From Pocillopora damicornis (taxonomy: Eukaryota), in the NCBI RefSeq assembly GCF_003704095.1, contig NW_020843834.1:186001-250000 (forward strand): 64,000 bases of DNA, written 5' to 3'. Of the stretch, positions 63,509 to 64,000 are shown in pieces. The translations under genes were made by a program, and so were the position numbers. Position 1 is the first letter of the stretch. The number at the start of each line of letters is the position of its first letter. Under the pieces are notes generated by a model that was given only the letters and a program-made list of their open reading frames with translations, was not told the origin of the DNA and did not search any database.

Positions 63509-64000
63509 TCCACAGGGAGCGGTTACCAAGGCGAGTTGTAGTGGTGAATTGTTAATCAATGGTCAGTCTCGTTCATCAACAGCAAGGACGGTTGTGCGCC
63601 CTCCACTCATAGATGAAAGTCTTATCGCTGATGATAATGAAGGACTTCCCCTGATCTCTGCTGTGTATTCATTGGCAGCGAATGGTGATCAAGATGGCGG
63701 TGAGGCCTCCGCTATCCAGGGAATGTCAGTGAGAGGATCCAAATTAGACTCTTCAAAGAAGAGCTCACCCCAGATTATTAAGACACAGAGGGTCGTGTCT
63801 CCAACGCCAAGTTCTCCCTCTAGAAATCGTCTCAGCGATGCAACTGAACTTAAACAAGTGTCAAAATTCAAAACAATTAACGAGTCTACGGAATTGAACG
63901 AAAGAAAAACAAGTCCACGTTCTCTGGATGATGGTGAAAGAATACATCCTTCTGTAGCCAATTCTGTTACTAAAACTCATTCATCGGCAAACGTCATGCA
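63509..64000 (+). CDS. Large coding exon of the same gene, running off the window end
   Basis: Branch-like CTAAT plus TTCTCTCACAG acceptor; about 164 stop-free codons: PQGAVTKASCSGELLINGQSRSSTARTVVRPPLIDESLIADDNEGLPLISAVYSLAANGDQDGGE...HSSANVM. Confidence 0.75.

Noticed and set aside
63689-63961. 90-aa minus-strand ORF
   Set aside because: Antisense shadow of the longer stop-free plus-strand exon.

Overview
AT-rich eukaryotic genomic DNA with GT-AG introns. The repeat families and gene content suggest an anthozoan cnidarian, probably a stony coral; this is inference. The main feature is a head-to-tail array of four divergent Shal/Kv4-family voltage-gated K+ channel genes on the + strand (1298-3556, 24783-27817, 32790-36533, 51911-53952). 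Each has two coding exons, split by a phase-2 intron in the first Gly of GYG. All four replace the canonical S6 gate PVPVIVSN with PIPI[I/L/M]Q[E/D], alter the TMTT filter motif, and lack the Kv4 N-terminal KChIP-binding helix and long C-tail. They therefore look like a cluster of regulatory ('silent', heteromer-only) Shal subunits. Downstream lie an intronless-CDS multi-pass membrane protein with XK-related-like motifs and a glycosylated Cys-rich C-terminal domain (56217-57575), and the 5' end of a spliced gene missed by the ORF track (61378-61514 + 63509->64000). Non-coding highlights are an apparently intact minimal hammerhead ribozyme embedded in a (TA)n tract (6443-6483), a decayed second hammerhead, TA- and TTAA-flanked MITEs, tRNA-derived SINEs and a ~55-bp minisatellite.
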